64,000 nt of DNA, from the NCBI RefSeq assembly GCF_964204645.1, contig NC_134027.1:9704485-9768484 (forward strand). Reading direction: 5' to 3'. Source of the DNA: Tubulanus polymorphus. Taxonomy: Eukaryota > Animalia > Nemertea. Under the pieces are notes generated by a model, which saw only the letters and a list, made by a program, of their open reading frames with translations, was not told the origin of the DNA and made no database searches. The translations under genes were made by a program, and so were the position numbers. Positions 28,301 to 43,703 of this stretch are shown in pieces (positions within the stretch are counted from its first letter, which is position 1; every line of letters starts with the position of its first letter).

Positions 28301-31300
28301 GGCTGTCATATGGCTTCGGCTCGAAATTTTGTTTGCCAGTTCGGTATTTTATGTAAATTGAATGATTAATCCGGTAAATGCCGATATTCGTTATTTGCAG
28401 TGCAAACGACAGATCGCGAGGAATCCGTGCCAATTTGATTCGCCTCGCCGCCAGCTCCCACGATGTTGAATTTGTCTATACACGGTTCACATTTTCCCGC
28501 CTGATTTATATCGACTCGGAGGCAGACATTATAGGGTATCGCTCGTGGAAGTTATCAGGAATAAAGAAATAAGGAGAATGATATCGCTGGGCGTCACTCG
28601 GTCCATTTTTGAAAATGGTCCATAGAATTGGGTCGAAACGTCAAATTCCCATTTAGTTCTTTCATTATATTGTGGGTTTCTACTTCGTCAATCAGTCTTG
28701 TTCGCCAAACGAAAATCTCCACTGTATTTATTTCTAATCGTGTACGTCATGGGCTAGCAGTATCAACTTCATTCAACGTATTGCGAACTCTTATCCTCTT
28801 AACTATTAGACTTTCTCGACTATAGATTTATTGATCCAGCCAAGTTGATTGGTATGATTTGGAAGCTGTTTGAAGTGGTCAAAATGGGAGAAATAGTTTT
28901 TGGCACCTACATGTTTCTAGAAATCAACCACGGGCAACTCCTCCCTCGGTGATACAAGCAATTCTATTACCATAATCTGTTGTGGTAAAGCGTCTAGTTT
29001 GGCCTGTTGTTTGGATAATCACTGTGTATACAAATGCTCAAAATGCCCCGCCCAAGCATCATTGATTGCCCTGGATTGTTTTTTGTCCGTTGTATCGGAG
29101 TCGTAGTGCGGCATGACTGTTTACATATCTGTGGATGGTCTACAATAGATGGGGATCAGACCGGTCGACGTCCGCAGATTGCAAATTTTCACCAAAAAAA
29201 TATCGTAAAATGATTTATATATAGCGTTCGTTCTACTATCGAATGTCCTATACAGTTCAATATAGCTCTACGTGTATTTGTAAAAACCCGTGGGTGGTTT
29301 AATCTCGTAAGCAAAATTGGAATAGGACGGCTGTGAAACTTCAAAACCACCTGTAAACGGAAAATAAAGTACCGGGGTACTTTTTACATAGAAAAATATA
29401 AGCTTATACAGCGAGCAATGGTCTAGTTAAAATCAATTTGTAGTAAAACTGTACGCGTGTACGGGTGTATTGAAAAATAGGTAGAATTTGTTGATTCGCA
29501 AGGTTTTTCTTGCAACAGTTTACCTATATGATATTTGTTATAATGTATATACATGTTTTAGCATGTCTAAACGATAATGTTCTGGAATATCTGTTGTCCG
29601 TCAACAAAATTAGTGGTGAAGTTGACAAAGATGATTGTTAATGTAAAGGTATAAGCGCCCTGGAACACTGCCGGCACCAATACACCCGCATTTTACGCAA
29701 AAACCATACATAATTTATCCTCGGTTGACCTATGCTCACAACACGACAATTGTGGTGCTAGTCTAGTTACGCCGGCGTTGGTCTCAACTGAATGCGAACT
29801 ATTTAATGAACATCATCACCGACCGAGTACAGCATTGAGGATTGTAAAATGGATGTGCAGCGGGCTGTTAATTATTCATGGTTTGCCTTTTGGCATCCTG
29901 AGCGCTGCGCATACGCGGTTGCGTTATCATTGACATTTCAGTAGCATACGGGAAAAACGCGCACATCGTCCATGCGGTTTAAAAGTTTGAAAAGTACAAG
30001 TCATCGGAACATTGGAATCATTAAATATATTTGATATAATATATTTTACAAACAGAGATAATGTCGAAGGTTACGGTCGAGGTCCTGTGTCAATCATTTG
30101 AACTGGAATTCAAGTAACTTCTTACTCAGTTATACGCTTCATCGACGACTTCATACTCGTCGCTCAAAAGATAATGGTGCCAAGAAGCCATGAAATTACC
30201 GAATAACCCTGTGGATGCTGCGCGTATTCTGAAATGTTTAAATGTGTCACTCAGATCAACGCAGTGGTAGAATCAAATCCGTGCTGACAAAATGAAAGTC
30301 GTAATTACTTTTTTCAGCTATGCAATTTGCAGCATGTCTTTTGTTACAGGCTGATTGGCCAATCAGAGCAAAGGTTACGGAGAACAACGTATAGCGGATA
30401 ACCAACCGTATATCTTTGCAGCGTACAACAGCTTCAATTTTATCCTTAATCGTTTCTCCGATATTTTGTACACAAACGCAGAAGAACAGATAACTATTTG
30501 AATGCGGAGATAAAGGTTCACGCAGTACAACGAGATGCGACACCATTACGGGAGATTCGGGAGATTCCCTGTTACCAATTTTACAGCGTTTAACGCCGTC
30601 AGAGTATATTACAGCGTTTTTACACATATATGTAATTTCTGATGCATTTACCTGGGAGCAAATTGGTTATTGCGAATATTTCAAAGTAAATATGAAACCA
30701 TTCCCAATAACAAATTTGTTCTACGAAAAGAAGACACATAGGTATCTGGAGTAACTTTTTGTCACAAATTTCTTTTCGACATTGTTTCAAAAAGGAAGAT
30801 AGATCTTTATATTGGATATCGATAAACATTTTGTCGAAAAAATACAAATTGAGTGCGGGTACAAATTTTTTGTATTATCATCGTCCCGAAAGATGACGTT
30901 GCACTCAATGATACAATACATGCGTTTTGTATACGTTCAAATCAAATCTCAAAGTTGGATTCATTTCGTCTTTCCCCGATTGTCAATCGGGGATTTGATA
31001 GCCTGCAGGTATGGATATTGCTGAAAATCGATTTCTTTTCGAGTATATTAATTTTAAGCGTATATGTATATTTTTATATATACATATGACGGATCTCAAA
31101 TGTCGGCTCAAATTCTCATTATCGATTTATCAGATTTTAGGCTTCATATTTTCGAATCCTAATTAGAAATAGAATATGGGGAAAAATTACCTCGATACAA
31201 TGATATGCGGTGATATCGTATCATCGCGCGTCAATCAATTATAGCTCGTTTTAATCGAAGATATTCGATAACCCGATCAAAAAATGCCGAAAGTTTCAAT

Positions 31301-34300
31301 GTCATGAGATATCTTTTTCATAAGAATCCTCGTCGTATACGCAATATCTAATTTCGTTGTCGGAAAGCTGTCAATTTCTTTAGAAAATAACAACGTATTG
31401 TATAGGAAGTTAGATATATTACTATCGTCTGCCGAAGTTGGATATTATTGGGATATTCAAATTGGTGGAAATTAAATGAAATGGATCGAAATCCGCGAGA
31501 AAAAAAGAAACACGTAGTTCTGCGTATGATTACAAATTCTGTGGAATCGATATAAGAGTTCAACAAATCAGAACTAGCCGCCGTGTGCAGGCCTGTAATG
31601 CGCAAAACGTCTCTACAGATCAGTATTTAAGGGATTGTAGAGTGATGTCTGAAATTAATTAATACATTGAACGGGAAAATATGCATATAAACTCCTCTAC
31701 AATTTGCATTCGAAATCCATGTAACTTTTTCCGATTTTAAAGGCTAATTTCTCATCGGATGCATCAAATTTTTTTTTTCCTTCACCAAAATTTGCGAACC
31801 CGATCAATTCAATACGCTTCTGTTACTTGGGTTCATTCTATCGCAGTTATTTTGTGAATATCGATAGTAAGCAGACAAAGGTTTGTCAGCCACCCTCCTT
31901 TGACGAATCATAGATTGTTGTTATCAATCTAAAATCAAGAACACCAGAACACTTGCTTGAAATTGCTAAAAGAAATATACATGTTAGAAATAGAACCCTT
32001 TACAAGTTTAGCGAAAATCTATTGTAATTTCTAACTGAAAACTGAATGAAAACTAGAATTTGGTGTCCGTGGATCAGGCTAAATAATTGGATAAGATTGG
32101 ATAAGAATTATTTGCTTGATCTAATTCAATGTCAACAGTTGCAGACACGGAATAATTTAAATAATATATATACATATTCTCAATTTTTTATTCTATCAGC
32201 ATAAAATATAAAATAGTTGTCGATCATTTTATCTAACATTTTTATCTATCATTTTATCAGTTGATCTAAAATATCCCAATGTGTCTGACTTAAAAAGATA
32301 TAAGTTCATATGGATGCAGTTAAAATCACCTAGAATAGACGTATCGCCACAAGATGTGAAACGCATAAAAAGTCGTGATATTCAGGTTTGGTGCTGGTAT
32401 TGTTTTCGGGCTACAGATAATGCTTTCATAACGTGTTACAACTATTGTAACGCATCAAAATGTCCTGTGGCTGCAACGTTAGAAATTGATTTGATTCGAT
32501 ATTTTCATTTCTCATTTTGAACGTTTTAACCCATTAGCTATAGCTGACTAAACGGGCGGGGGTAGAATCGAACATTTTTGAAATGTTCAAAATGGTTTCT
32601 TCACTTGTGACTTCATATAGAATTTTATATTTCTTTGTTTTTCGATGATACAATTTATTGACGTTTGGATACATTATAAGTCTGAACAAAAAATCCTTTC
32701 AAACACGCAATCGATAGGATAAACTTATCACGTTTACCGCAGGTACAGTAGACATTTGGCATTTATAATATTTGTACTTTACAAATATGTAAAATTAATC
32801 AAAATGGAAAAAATGTATACTTTTTTGTTTCTATCTCATAATTTGAATTTGTCGCTGCCCTTTTCGAAGGAGCAGAATCATATAAAATAGACAAGGATAA
32901 TACAAATAATCACTTATGATAATCATAATAATCAGATGTCGATATTTACTTTTGAAAATGAAAAGAAAGATAATCCAAAATACTTCCAATCGACGATATA
33001 GAGATAGAAGTAACACCAGATAACCTCAAACAAGAAATTCATAATTTCCATTCAGTACTGTAGTATTGATTGATATCGTATCGCAAACGTTTTAGATATT
33101 TCACTCGTTTTTTTTGGAATGTTTTTCACTATTCCTGACCTTACGCACTCGTCGTTAATACAAAAAACGTATCTAGTACGCTTATCTGTACGCGTCTTAT
33201 ACCGAATAATACGGCAATTCTCTGCGATGGTGACGGTGACTTTTCGACGACTCTTGATACCACAAAGAATTCACGAGGAATATTATTCAATAAGGTTCGA
33301 ACAAAACTCGTCCGCTCTCGTCACAATCATTACGGAGAGATACAAAGACGTTTAGGACACAGCTCGCCGCATGGTGCATCAATTCTTTTTTGCATATGTT
33401 GTTGGTATCATCTATAACACAGATCTGGTAAAGCACTTGATGACCCAGCCGCATAATAGGTAATCTGCAACCCCGCCATCTTGAATTCTAGCAGAGAAAA
33501 TGACATCGCTTTGTTTTTTTTCTCTAATTTCCGTTGACAGCTTTTTTAAAAGCAAAACTACGCGAGGGCATCGTATATGAATAGGAATTTTTATTGTCAT
33601 AAAAGAATATCTGCATTATGTGAACCATTTTATCCTGCTTTTTCCAAAGACTAAATGAACGGGCACTATTTTGTTTCGCGGTTGAGTAGTACGGAAGTAA
33701 GTACGCTGTTTTTATTAATGCTCTAACTTTCCGTGGTTTACAAAACATATTCAATTGTAATAACAACCAGCCGAACGCTAATTTTTCGGCAAATTTCGAG
33801 TTATTAGTAATATTTATATAAAATAGTACGTTCATATGTACAGAGTACTGTCATCGCACTCCGGGAAGCAGTGCCATATGACCTACATTCTGCCGCAGCC
33901 GCATACGTAATCATTATGATAATAACTTCGATGCGCTTTTCTGAAAATTGCCAATGGCAGCCGCTGTCTGTGGCACGTCAAAATATTGTGCATCCAGCTA
34001 AAGAGAAAAAGCATTGCTGAAATTACGATGACATAATCGGGTATGTGAGTCACGGAAATAGATCGTTTTTATGAATGAGAATACTTCGGCAGAATTTGGA
34101 TTAAATTCCTTTTGTCAGTTTATCGTAAACTCGCTGAAATTATTCCCGGATATGTGCCAAAACATCGTTGCAGCTTATATATGATTTGCCCCCTCCCCTG
34201 GATATACACCTGCCCCCCCCCCCCCAAAAAAAATAAAACTCTGTATTGAAAAACATTTTCCAAATTCGCACGAACTACAGACTTCCATAATTCAACACAA

Positions 34301-36384
34301 GACAGAGGAAAATTTTGTATATGAAATGTGTTTATTCCATTAACGTTTGTAAAACTAATATAGTATCGAAATTTCAAGATTCTTAAATGTACGTGTGTGA
34401 CAAAATTGAAAATCTCATTTCAAAATATTAATAAATGTCGTAAAAAATCTTACATATAAAATTGTCATTGACATAATGATTATTGAAAAAATATCTTTAC
34501 ATCATTTAGTTCTGATGCGTGAAAAAGCAAATATATGATCACATTATTTGGGATGTCAACTGGATCCAATCAATATATTATTTCGTGTTTCATTACAGTG
34601 AAAATCTCTCTCATGCCCAATTTGGACCAACGTTTAAAAGATATTTCAGTTTTATCATGATATATTGTAACCAGAACTGAATGAATTCTGCTAAAATCTA
34701 ACTCGACGCAAAATTTAAATGACTTTTCAACAGTATCGGCATTCACGTGGGAGTCATGGCTGCCATTTACAAACATTCGTTGCTTGACTGTTTTTTTTTT
34801 CTTTCTGTTATTTTTTCACGATTGCACTGAACGGCTTTTGACGCAAATTCGCTTTAAGTACTGATTGCAAAAAATGCGACGAACACACCAAACAGGCCCT
34901 GTCACTTTGCATTTGAACGGATAGCGAAGCTACGGTCGGGCAAGAAATGAATATCGAATTTATTGCACCGATGTCACCTCGTGGTTGAATAGAAATTCAT
35001 TACGGGCTGGCAACCTTAGAGCAGATCTTACCATAGCGTGGCTGATTCGTTTGTTTAGAGGTAAAAGGCTAATCAATGGCGTACTGTTGGCGCGCTGTTC
35101 GGGGAAACGAACTGCAGATTTGCACTCGATGACCGCTTTCAATCGGCCAACCAAATCGCATGACACTCAGTCGGTAACGTGTAAAAATACGCACGCATTT
35201 TCCAGCCAAACTGTTCAATATTTGGCTTATCGTCAACACGGCAACCGAAACTCGTGATGAATATAAAGCAGTAAATGCAATTACGAATCGACGACAGCCG
35301 GGTGGTTGCGTTTTAATAATAATGCTTCGCCATCGGTATACTGGGAGCCCGACAATCAATTAAAATAAAATTTACTTACTATGATACACTGAATGGGGTT
35401 ATACAAGTAAGGCTATCCGCATTCAGGCGAACTACGTAAACTGCACCGTCGTCTGAGTTGAACAACGCAACAATATTCAGATAATCCCATCGGATTTATT
35501 CGTGACTATTCAATTGAAACTGGGAAGGCCGTGTTAAAAAGCATGGCTTGTATACCGATGTAGAAAACGTATACCGATATAAAACAAAACATGGCAGGGG
35601 ATGGTAGCAGTTTGGAGAATGAAAAATAAAACGCTTTGAATGTAAAAACGTTCTTGTATTGGTTGGGTACCGGTATTGTATGATGGCCGATGTGTGTATG
35701 TATGTATATGTATATATATTTCGGAATATCTACCCTCATATTCCGAACGATTCGCGTTTTATTTTTGCTTGTAAAGAGGCCTGCCACTGGGGCTATCTGG
35801 TGTCATGTCGCGATCGTTAACAATGAACCTGCCTAAAAACGCTTGACGGACACCTATCAATCATAACACAGGTATTTTATCACCCTCATGAAAGGGCCTA
35901 TTGTCAGCGAGGCTCATTTCAGTTTAAACCTCACGGCAGGGTTTTCATGATCTTGTCTTCGGACAATGAAGAATTGTTACCGTGTGTTCAACGAAAGATA
36001 AGTACCCTAAGTCGACTATAATACAGCCCCATACTCTAGTTATAAGATATCACAGTCAGACCAGACTGTACGAAATCGTCTATCCTCATTTTTTTGAATG
36101 GCATCGTTCGTGCAATTACTGGACACACATGACTACGGGATAACCCATTATATACCCTCAAGACCGGAGTCACTTCGAGGATGCGATGATCCCTGCACGG
36201 ACACCTGAAAGCTAACGACTCAAGACGATCATACCAGATGATCGTGCCATTTACACGAGCGAAACACGTCAATTTCGAGCAGCGCTTAAACTAGCAAGAA
36301 CAAGAAAAGTTCATTGACGCCTTGAAAAAAATAACACTGAGTGAATAATATAACAATGAATAATCTAATATGAAATATATAATA

Positions 36385-36708
36385 TTGAGGATCAATGAAG
36401 TTATTTTGCATTTGAATCAATCGATAATTGAATTGAATTGACCGGCAACCAGTCTAGCCCCGATATATTGCGCGCACATCCTCCCAACAATAATCATCAA
36501 AGTTCAGCATAAATAAAATACGAGTTATGAAATACATTCAATTACAAGATCAACGCCAAAATTCATATAATTGTGATTTTGAAACGCCAATATTGATGAC
36601 GTAGTGCACATCAGCTCACACAGAACCGTTTATATAATGCATTCTAGGTATCAGTGTATATAATCACTATTGTAACGGTTTTTACGGCGTCCAAAAAAGG
36701 ACAACCAC
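36385..36708 (+). repeat. Dispersed repeat family A, copy 2
   Basis: tcgataattgaattgaattgaccggcaaccagtctagccccgatatat ... gatgacgtagtgcaca ... aacggtttttacggcgtc, shared with the other copies. Confidence 0.85.
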
Positions 36709-39700
36709 GCAATTCAATAAAAGAACCTATCAAACATACTACTGTACCTATCGAATATTCAAAAAAGAAGTATCAAGAAAGTACATTCCACAAAGAGAAA
36801 AGTTTTTGAAAACAGATCCATACGAATGTCACTCATTCTAGACGTTCCATTACGTGGGTACAGACGTGAACTGATGTTTTAGTTTGAAATAATTGATTGT
36901 GAAAATGTAGAAAGAAAAGAAAAGACTCGCCATAAGGGCGATGCTAATTTACGTGGAACCGATTATCAATGTATCGCTGTTGTTTCATCGCGTTGAAAAA
37001 GAACTAACCCTTCAACGTAATTAATTAAAAACTAAACGTTATGAAGGACAATTAATAACATGTTATATGTTCTACCGGTAACTCATATGCATTAAGCCGA
37101 TATTAGTTCTGTGTTACGCGTAAGGACACTAATGCAAAATATACTATTATACGTAAAACAGTTAAGTAAATGTGTTTGTATGCTAAAGAAGACACGCAAA
37201 GTATTTCATTTATGACTTTTTTCGCGAAGAAAAATTGTACTTACTACTGTCAAGGTTTAAAAATCGCTTGATTTAACGTTCGGCGTTTGGTATATGTAAA
37301 GGCATTACATTTAGAGGGCAAAACACGATGCGACACGTATCTTGCTGTAATCACATACTATAGCTATTGATGTTTTCAAGTTTTTAGGTTTGAACTGGTT
37401 GCTGGATTAAGAGATCAAATATATACGTATCAAGGGCGTGTCCAGACGATCAAGCATATCGTTTATGATATGATCCGAAAATCGTGGAAGGTTTTTAGTC
37501 ATCTCAGTATAGGATAATATGAATTTATTGATACGATAGATCGAATGCTCGGAATAAACCTTGAGAAATGCTTCTGCTTTCTACGTTCCATCGGTGTCAC
37601 CAAATTGATTTGCCTTTTGTGTATATGTTGATTATCAGGTCGATCGCGCGGCGTATTTCGTGAAAACTTCAATGCTTTTGTACCCGATGATCTGTGTAAA
37701 AATAAGCAAATGAGTATAGATAACAGATATACAGCGTTGTAAACAAACAATCATCAGTAAAATGGATTTTGGTCATGCATTAATTCATCAAGTGGCATTT
37801 AGTTTTCCCGCGGGCTAAATGAAGTTGTACTGAAGAACCCACTATACAATTCGTAGCGTTATATTTCCTAGTTCATTCGGGCAGGTGAGAAATCCTTACA
37901 AATCCAATGACGCCTCGAGCTTTGCCGCGGGAAAAGACGCTTCGCTGGCCAATTCCACCACAGAAGCCACGGACCCCGAGACCTTACGTCGTTTGTCTGG
38001 GGGCTAAACAGTGGCAACTGCGAGTTAATGACGAAGCCATCAAGCATCGACTGTGGATTGAATGGTTATTTGCCAATTATCAGTTTTATGGAAGTTTACC
38101 ATTTGATGATACGAATAGATGCGTGATCCAAAAGTTCAGACCAGTTACACCACTGAAAAGTTCGTCTCTCCGAATGTACTATTGCGCCACGATATCTCTT
38201 ATGCGAAGTTTGAATCAAATTAAATCATAGGCCTACGTGATGCTCAGTAACATCATTGAAATAAAGGAAAGTATCAGTTATTCCTAGGTTCCGAGGCACA
38301 TTTCGTAGGTTACTTTAGATAGTGCATATTCAGTTTTGTCGCATTCAGCGAGAAGTGACGTTTGCTAAATTTCTGTTGCGATCTGCTCCTTACATCTTAT
38401 ACAGTCGCAATGGAATCTATCACGGCGCATCGTCATTCTTTCGCTACCGGAAATTTTAACAAACAATCATTCGGCTCGAACTCGAGAATCTATCTCTATT
38501 ACTCCGGTCTCGGGCGTCAATAGCCGCGTTTTGTCAGTTGAGACAAAGCTGCTGGGGCTCGACGAGCATCTCGCACTGAAAGGAACTCCGGGATACTCGA
38601 GGCGATGACATTGCCGCGCCTAGAGAGAAGCGCGCCCAATTATCGGGAAAGCCGTGAAAAAGAAACAAGAAGACATCCGTGTCTCAGACCGGTAAACAAC
38701 GCGGCTGGTTCATTACCGAAACCGAGCAGAAGTCACGTCTTATTTCCTGGCGCTGTATGAGAGGGTATTACACCATTACACATGGATTATGCCAACGATA
38801 ATTGAATAGGAAACTTTACATTCCTCATAATATAAAGACACGTCGATTCAAAGAGAGAAAATGTTCTGTATATAATGAATTTGGGGATGTCGTCGATTTT
38901 TTCTTCATTAGCCAATTTCTATTACTTTGACAGAGATTTTTTCTAGTAGATTTGTGAATTTCAGTAGATAGAATTAATAGAGCTTTTGATATTGACAGAT
39001 AGTGAAATCTCGGGACATGGGGTTCAAAAGTCATATAGCATCATATTGTAACATCATATTGTCGCACGCGATCTTTTTGTTAGCTGCGGCATACGCAAGT
39101 TGTCGACGTATTTAGTATAGACACTCACAATAGATTTTATAGTTCAATTTCCAAGATGATTTTCGTTTCGCCCAGAAAAAGTTGTAGCATCGCTTCATAC
39201 AGTCAATGTCAATAACGATTTTTTAACGATCCCATTAAATGCCACTACTCTCTAAACGCCGATATTTTTCAGCGAAAGAATTTGCTCAATCTAACTCAAA
39301 TTCGATGAAAATACCATTCTTTATTACGCCAAATTCGTTATAAGCACCATATTTTTCATTTTTCATTATTTAGGACTTTCACTGTATTTCAAGATACATT
39401 TCATATTTGATTTGGCAAATGAAGAAGCATAAATGGATTTAGTATACAGTAATCTACACCCGAAGTCCATAAACGAACCTTTTTGGTCAATTCTTCGCCG
39501 CAGCGTGGAATGTGGGATATCGCGGCGTCAGCTGCGTACATCAATCGACCGTCTGGGAGCAAGTGGTAATCTTCGATACTGGCGCTGTAACCGGCTCTCA
39601 TCAGGGCGACAGAAAGACATCCGAACGTTTGATTATCGATACGGTTAAGTTGTTTCTTTCGACGGATCGCGACACCTGACACGGCAAAAACTGATAATTT

Positions 39701-39992
39701 TACAGCGCAGATGCGCCTCGTGTGAAAGGTCGTAGACACTCGATCGACGCCGAACACACCGTTTTTTACATCGTTTCGCTAAGTGCAATTCCCCGTTTTC
39801 GTAAGACAACAAAAAATCTGAATCAAGACGTTTCAAGGAATGCGGGTAAGGTAGGCACAAAAAAGTGTGCATATTACACGTTTTCATTTCAAGCCAACGC
39901 TCAGATTCATTAACAAGGAAACTAACTTGAAGGTTTATTGACAACATGAAAAATAACACATATATTGCTTAATATTTGCTACAATACAATAT

Positions 39993-40315
39993 CAGGGATC
40001 AATAAAAGTCATTTCGAATATGAATACATCGATAATTGAATTGAATTGACCGGCAATCAGTCTAGCCCCGATATATCGATGACGTAGTGCACAGCCTCTC
40101 ATAAAAAAGCCTATTTGAATTTATCAAATATGTAATAAGACTTATGAAATAGATTCAATTACAAAATAAACGGCAAAATTCACAGTCTTAATCGTTATTC
40201 TGCAAACGCAAATATTGATGACGTAATGCACATCGACTCATATAAAACCCCTTTAATAACTAATAGTTATCAATGTATGTAAACATTATTGCAACGGTTT
40301 TTACGGCGTCAAATA
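39993..40315 (+). repeat. Dispersed repeat family A, copy 3
   Basis: tcgataattgaattgaattgaccggcaatcagtctagccccgatatatcgatgacgtagtgcaca ... aacggtttttacggcgtc. Confidence 0.85.
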
Positions 40316-41200
40316 AAGTGAAATGCAAAAACAAAACGTTCGAACATAGGAAACAAAAACGGTGATTATACAGGACTATATTTCTGCAAAAGTACGTAGA
40401 AAACTATCTAACTTGAAATTGGTTCTAGCAATAATCCCCGTAAGTACTCTTATTGCTTATAGTATTATGCATGGGGAAAACGGAGAGCGTAAATTTGTAC
40501 GAAATCAGCAGGGAAAACGAAGTTTGAAAAACTGTCATAATCAATCAGCGGGAAGATGACCAAATTGGCACGCAAGCGGTTGCTCAAGCAGAATGGAAGC
40601 TTCTCCATCAACAACATGATTTCTGCTGTCACGAGCAAACTTCTTCACGATCTGTCCCTCCGGTGTCATCGCTAGATTACTTCGGTCTACTTCAGCGGAA
40701 AGCCAATCTTGCTGAAAGATGTTCGCCGTGTCAGTTGGGAGTAAATGCGTCGAATTGAAAGGTAAATTAATTGCGGATCATCGTCGCTAAAACGCGTCGC
40801 AAAATGAGACCTGAAAATACTACGCCGCGCTTCGTTGCCTGCGATGGTGTCAATGGGACAATCGGTTAGTGAAGGGTCGATGAACGACGCGTTGCCGATG
40901 CTGTATCGAGCAACCTAAGAACTAATCGAATGAAACCGCGGAACAGGCTTTTTACTGGACCGGCCAGCTTTTTGTGAGACGGTATTTCACAGAGATGTGC
41001 AAAACAGATAACGGACAAAATAAACGCACTTCAAAAAAATAACTATAATCGGTAGTCTCCATGCGCGTATAGCTAAGCAATCCAGGGGCCAAGTTGGTAA
41101 GAAGATACCCGGCGGATGAATAAGATAGTAACGATGAACTTTTAATAGTCACTATGTCATCTATCCGCTGGTTAACTCTAACCAACTTTTGGGTAACTGC

Positions 41201-41268
41201 CCCCTGTCCTGTTCATTAGCATATACATGTGTACCCCCTGTCCTGTTCATTAGCATATACATGTGTAC
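41201..41268. repeat. Perfect 34-bp tandem duplication
   Basis: cccctgtcctgttcattagcatatacatgtgtac occurs twice in tandem. Confidence 0.95.
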
Positions 41269-43703
41269 AAAACGATATGTAGATCACGTCAGAAAGTACT
41301 TTCATTCGTTTGTGTAATAACGGTCGGTTTATCGCGTTAAGGTCATTTGTTTGGTCATCTTTGCGCAAGTATCGGAAGTAGATGGACAAATCTTCGTCTA
41401 AGGGGAAATGTTATCGCAGTCGATGAAAGCATATGCCAGCAGATCATAACGCGCGAATAGCGCACGTCCCACGATTTCTAATCGCAAAATCTTAACTAGA
41501 TACATCACTTATCTTTCGTTGATCGTTTCGAATTCAACAATATGCACATGGCGCGGTTTATCTGATTTCGATATAGATTTCGACAAACTTTCGCCCGCCC
41601 ATTAGCACTTTCGTCTGCGATAATATCGAACAATGGAGGGGCTTCCTTCACGCCACAACTAGGAAGCCTACGGCACTCGGAGTGGATCGTGTTAGAAAAG
41701 GGCAAGTTTTAACGTTGTTCCCCTACGGCAAGGCACGACCCCGTGCTATGTTTGGTTGTGGACAATTACATGGTGTATTAGCTATTGACTGCCATTAGGC
41801 GGCGGAAGGAACATGGAAACATCAGTGCGCCGGGCGGTGGAACCCTCGCGTATCCTCTTAGGACTGATGTAAGAGTGCCGCGAGATAGCGTTTAATGATG
41901 TGAAACTTCACAACGCCTCGCCTACCAAATTCGTAGGCATTCCTTTAAAAATACTATGATGAATTTCAAAGCAACGAATTCATCAAGAAGCAGTTGATTG
42001 TCAAATCGTAAAAAAGCTCTTTCGTTAATCTTATGCGGTTTTCGTTTAATTGCTCTGGTTAAAACAATCTATCGCAAGGCGCACTCATAAGTATATATGT
42101 ACCTACTAGTGCCATCTATCCATACGGTTTACGGGCATAAGTTCAAAAAATATTAATCGTTTAATTTACCTATAAACCTATACATTGGATTGCCTTTATA
42201 CATAAGGTATAACATGAATTTTTACACAATAACGAGCGTTCTAGTTTCCTTGATCAAATTCGTGAAACATTTCAAGAGGTCTTGTGCATTGTAATGCAGC
42301 TCATTGCTGGCGCCAATGAAGCCACTCGAAGTCCGAGTCTTCACTCGCTGAGTTCTCGCAATCGTCTGCCCGCTTTGTACCACCTGCTCTTAAACCTCTC
42401 CACAAGGCGAAGAATCGTTACAAAAACCACATTCTCTATGGCCCAAATTGTTCATTTCCAACTTTTCTCATTTCAAGTATGTGTATGTTTTGATTGTCTA
42501 ACGTGGAAATGCTAGCACTGTTTACGACGCTCCATTGACTCGATAAAGCCCGCTATCTGTCTATTCCTAAGCGCCACGTAGACAACGCTTTCGTAAATAT
42601 TTAATTCGAGTTAGGCGAGCAATAGCTGCGTCTGATTTTTCATAACGGAAGAATTGTTTTCGGTTCGACGTCTGAAATTGAACCAGGTATTGCATTAAAC
42701 ATTGGCATTAAACAATCGAAACCGCAAATATCCATCAAGTTTCCTGATTCTATTTTTACAAATGAGCTACTAGGAGCTATTCCCCATATCGTGTGTCTTA
42801 CATAAGCCATCAGAAATCATTTGTTTGCTCCAATATCACTTGAGTTCCTTGAATAGCTAAATGAACAACGCTCTTATCCTGGGGGCACAATTTACTTTTA
42901 TAAATTATACTGATTTTAACATAATTTGGAAGTCCTCGAAACTGTTCGCTGAAAACCCCACGAAGACGGCGATCGGCTTCTCGCTAAGCCGTCCCAATAT
43001 CCAATTATCGACCTCCAGCCGAGATGTCCATTCCCGTACACACTTTTACAATGAAGGCTTGAGAACTTCGGGGGTCTCGTACAATGCCAAATGACGTCCG
43101 TGGTGCAAAAACTTTCTTCTTGCTCAATTGCACCATTTCATTACGCATAAGTGGGGGTCTTCGTTGTTTGACACTTTCTAACAATAAAGTAGCGAAAATC
43201 CTTATTCAAACTGTGAATAATTACACTTCATATTCGCGGTGCGGCGGGCATGTCATAATTTCGAACGATGTCATTTAAATTTGTCGCCGAACGAGTCTTG
43301 ATAATTTGGAAAAGAACTGAATGACCCGTTTTAACGTTCAGATTTAGGTTGGCTGTTAAATTCCAACGCGTGCGTCAAAATGGTAGAAATAACCAATTTG
43401 TTTGTCACGTTGAATAATTCATAGACTGGCAAGAAACCCGTGGAAACCATGGGTGTTTTCTTTCTTAACTTTTCGATTCATTGCACGTAAAATTAAGTAG
43501 GAGCATTCTATAACGTATGAATATCATGCGGCATTTTATCTCGTGTCCGTAGAGACCTAGCGGAATATCAGAAGAGAAATCCACGATATCGATTAAATTG
43601 TTTTTTACATTCAATTTTCATTTCAAACAGAAAAACTAAAATTTTCACAAAAATTGCACGCGCCTTACATTCATCATGCAGACATTATAGCCGGACGGGA
43701 TAA

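Noticed and set aside
39560-39620. CTGATGA on the minus strand as a hammerhead ribozyme core (also 23429 and 50798 on plus)
   Set aside because: No stem II followed by GAAA and no compatible stems I and III.
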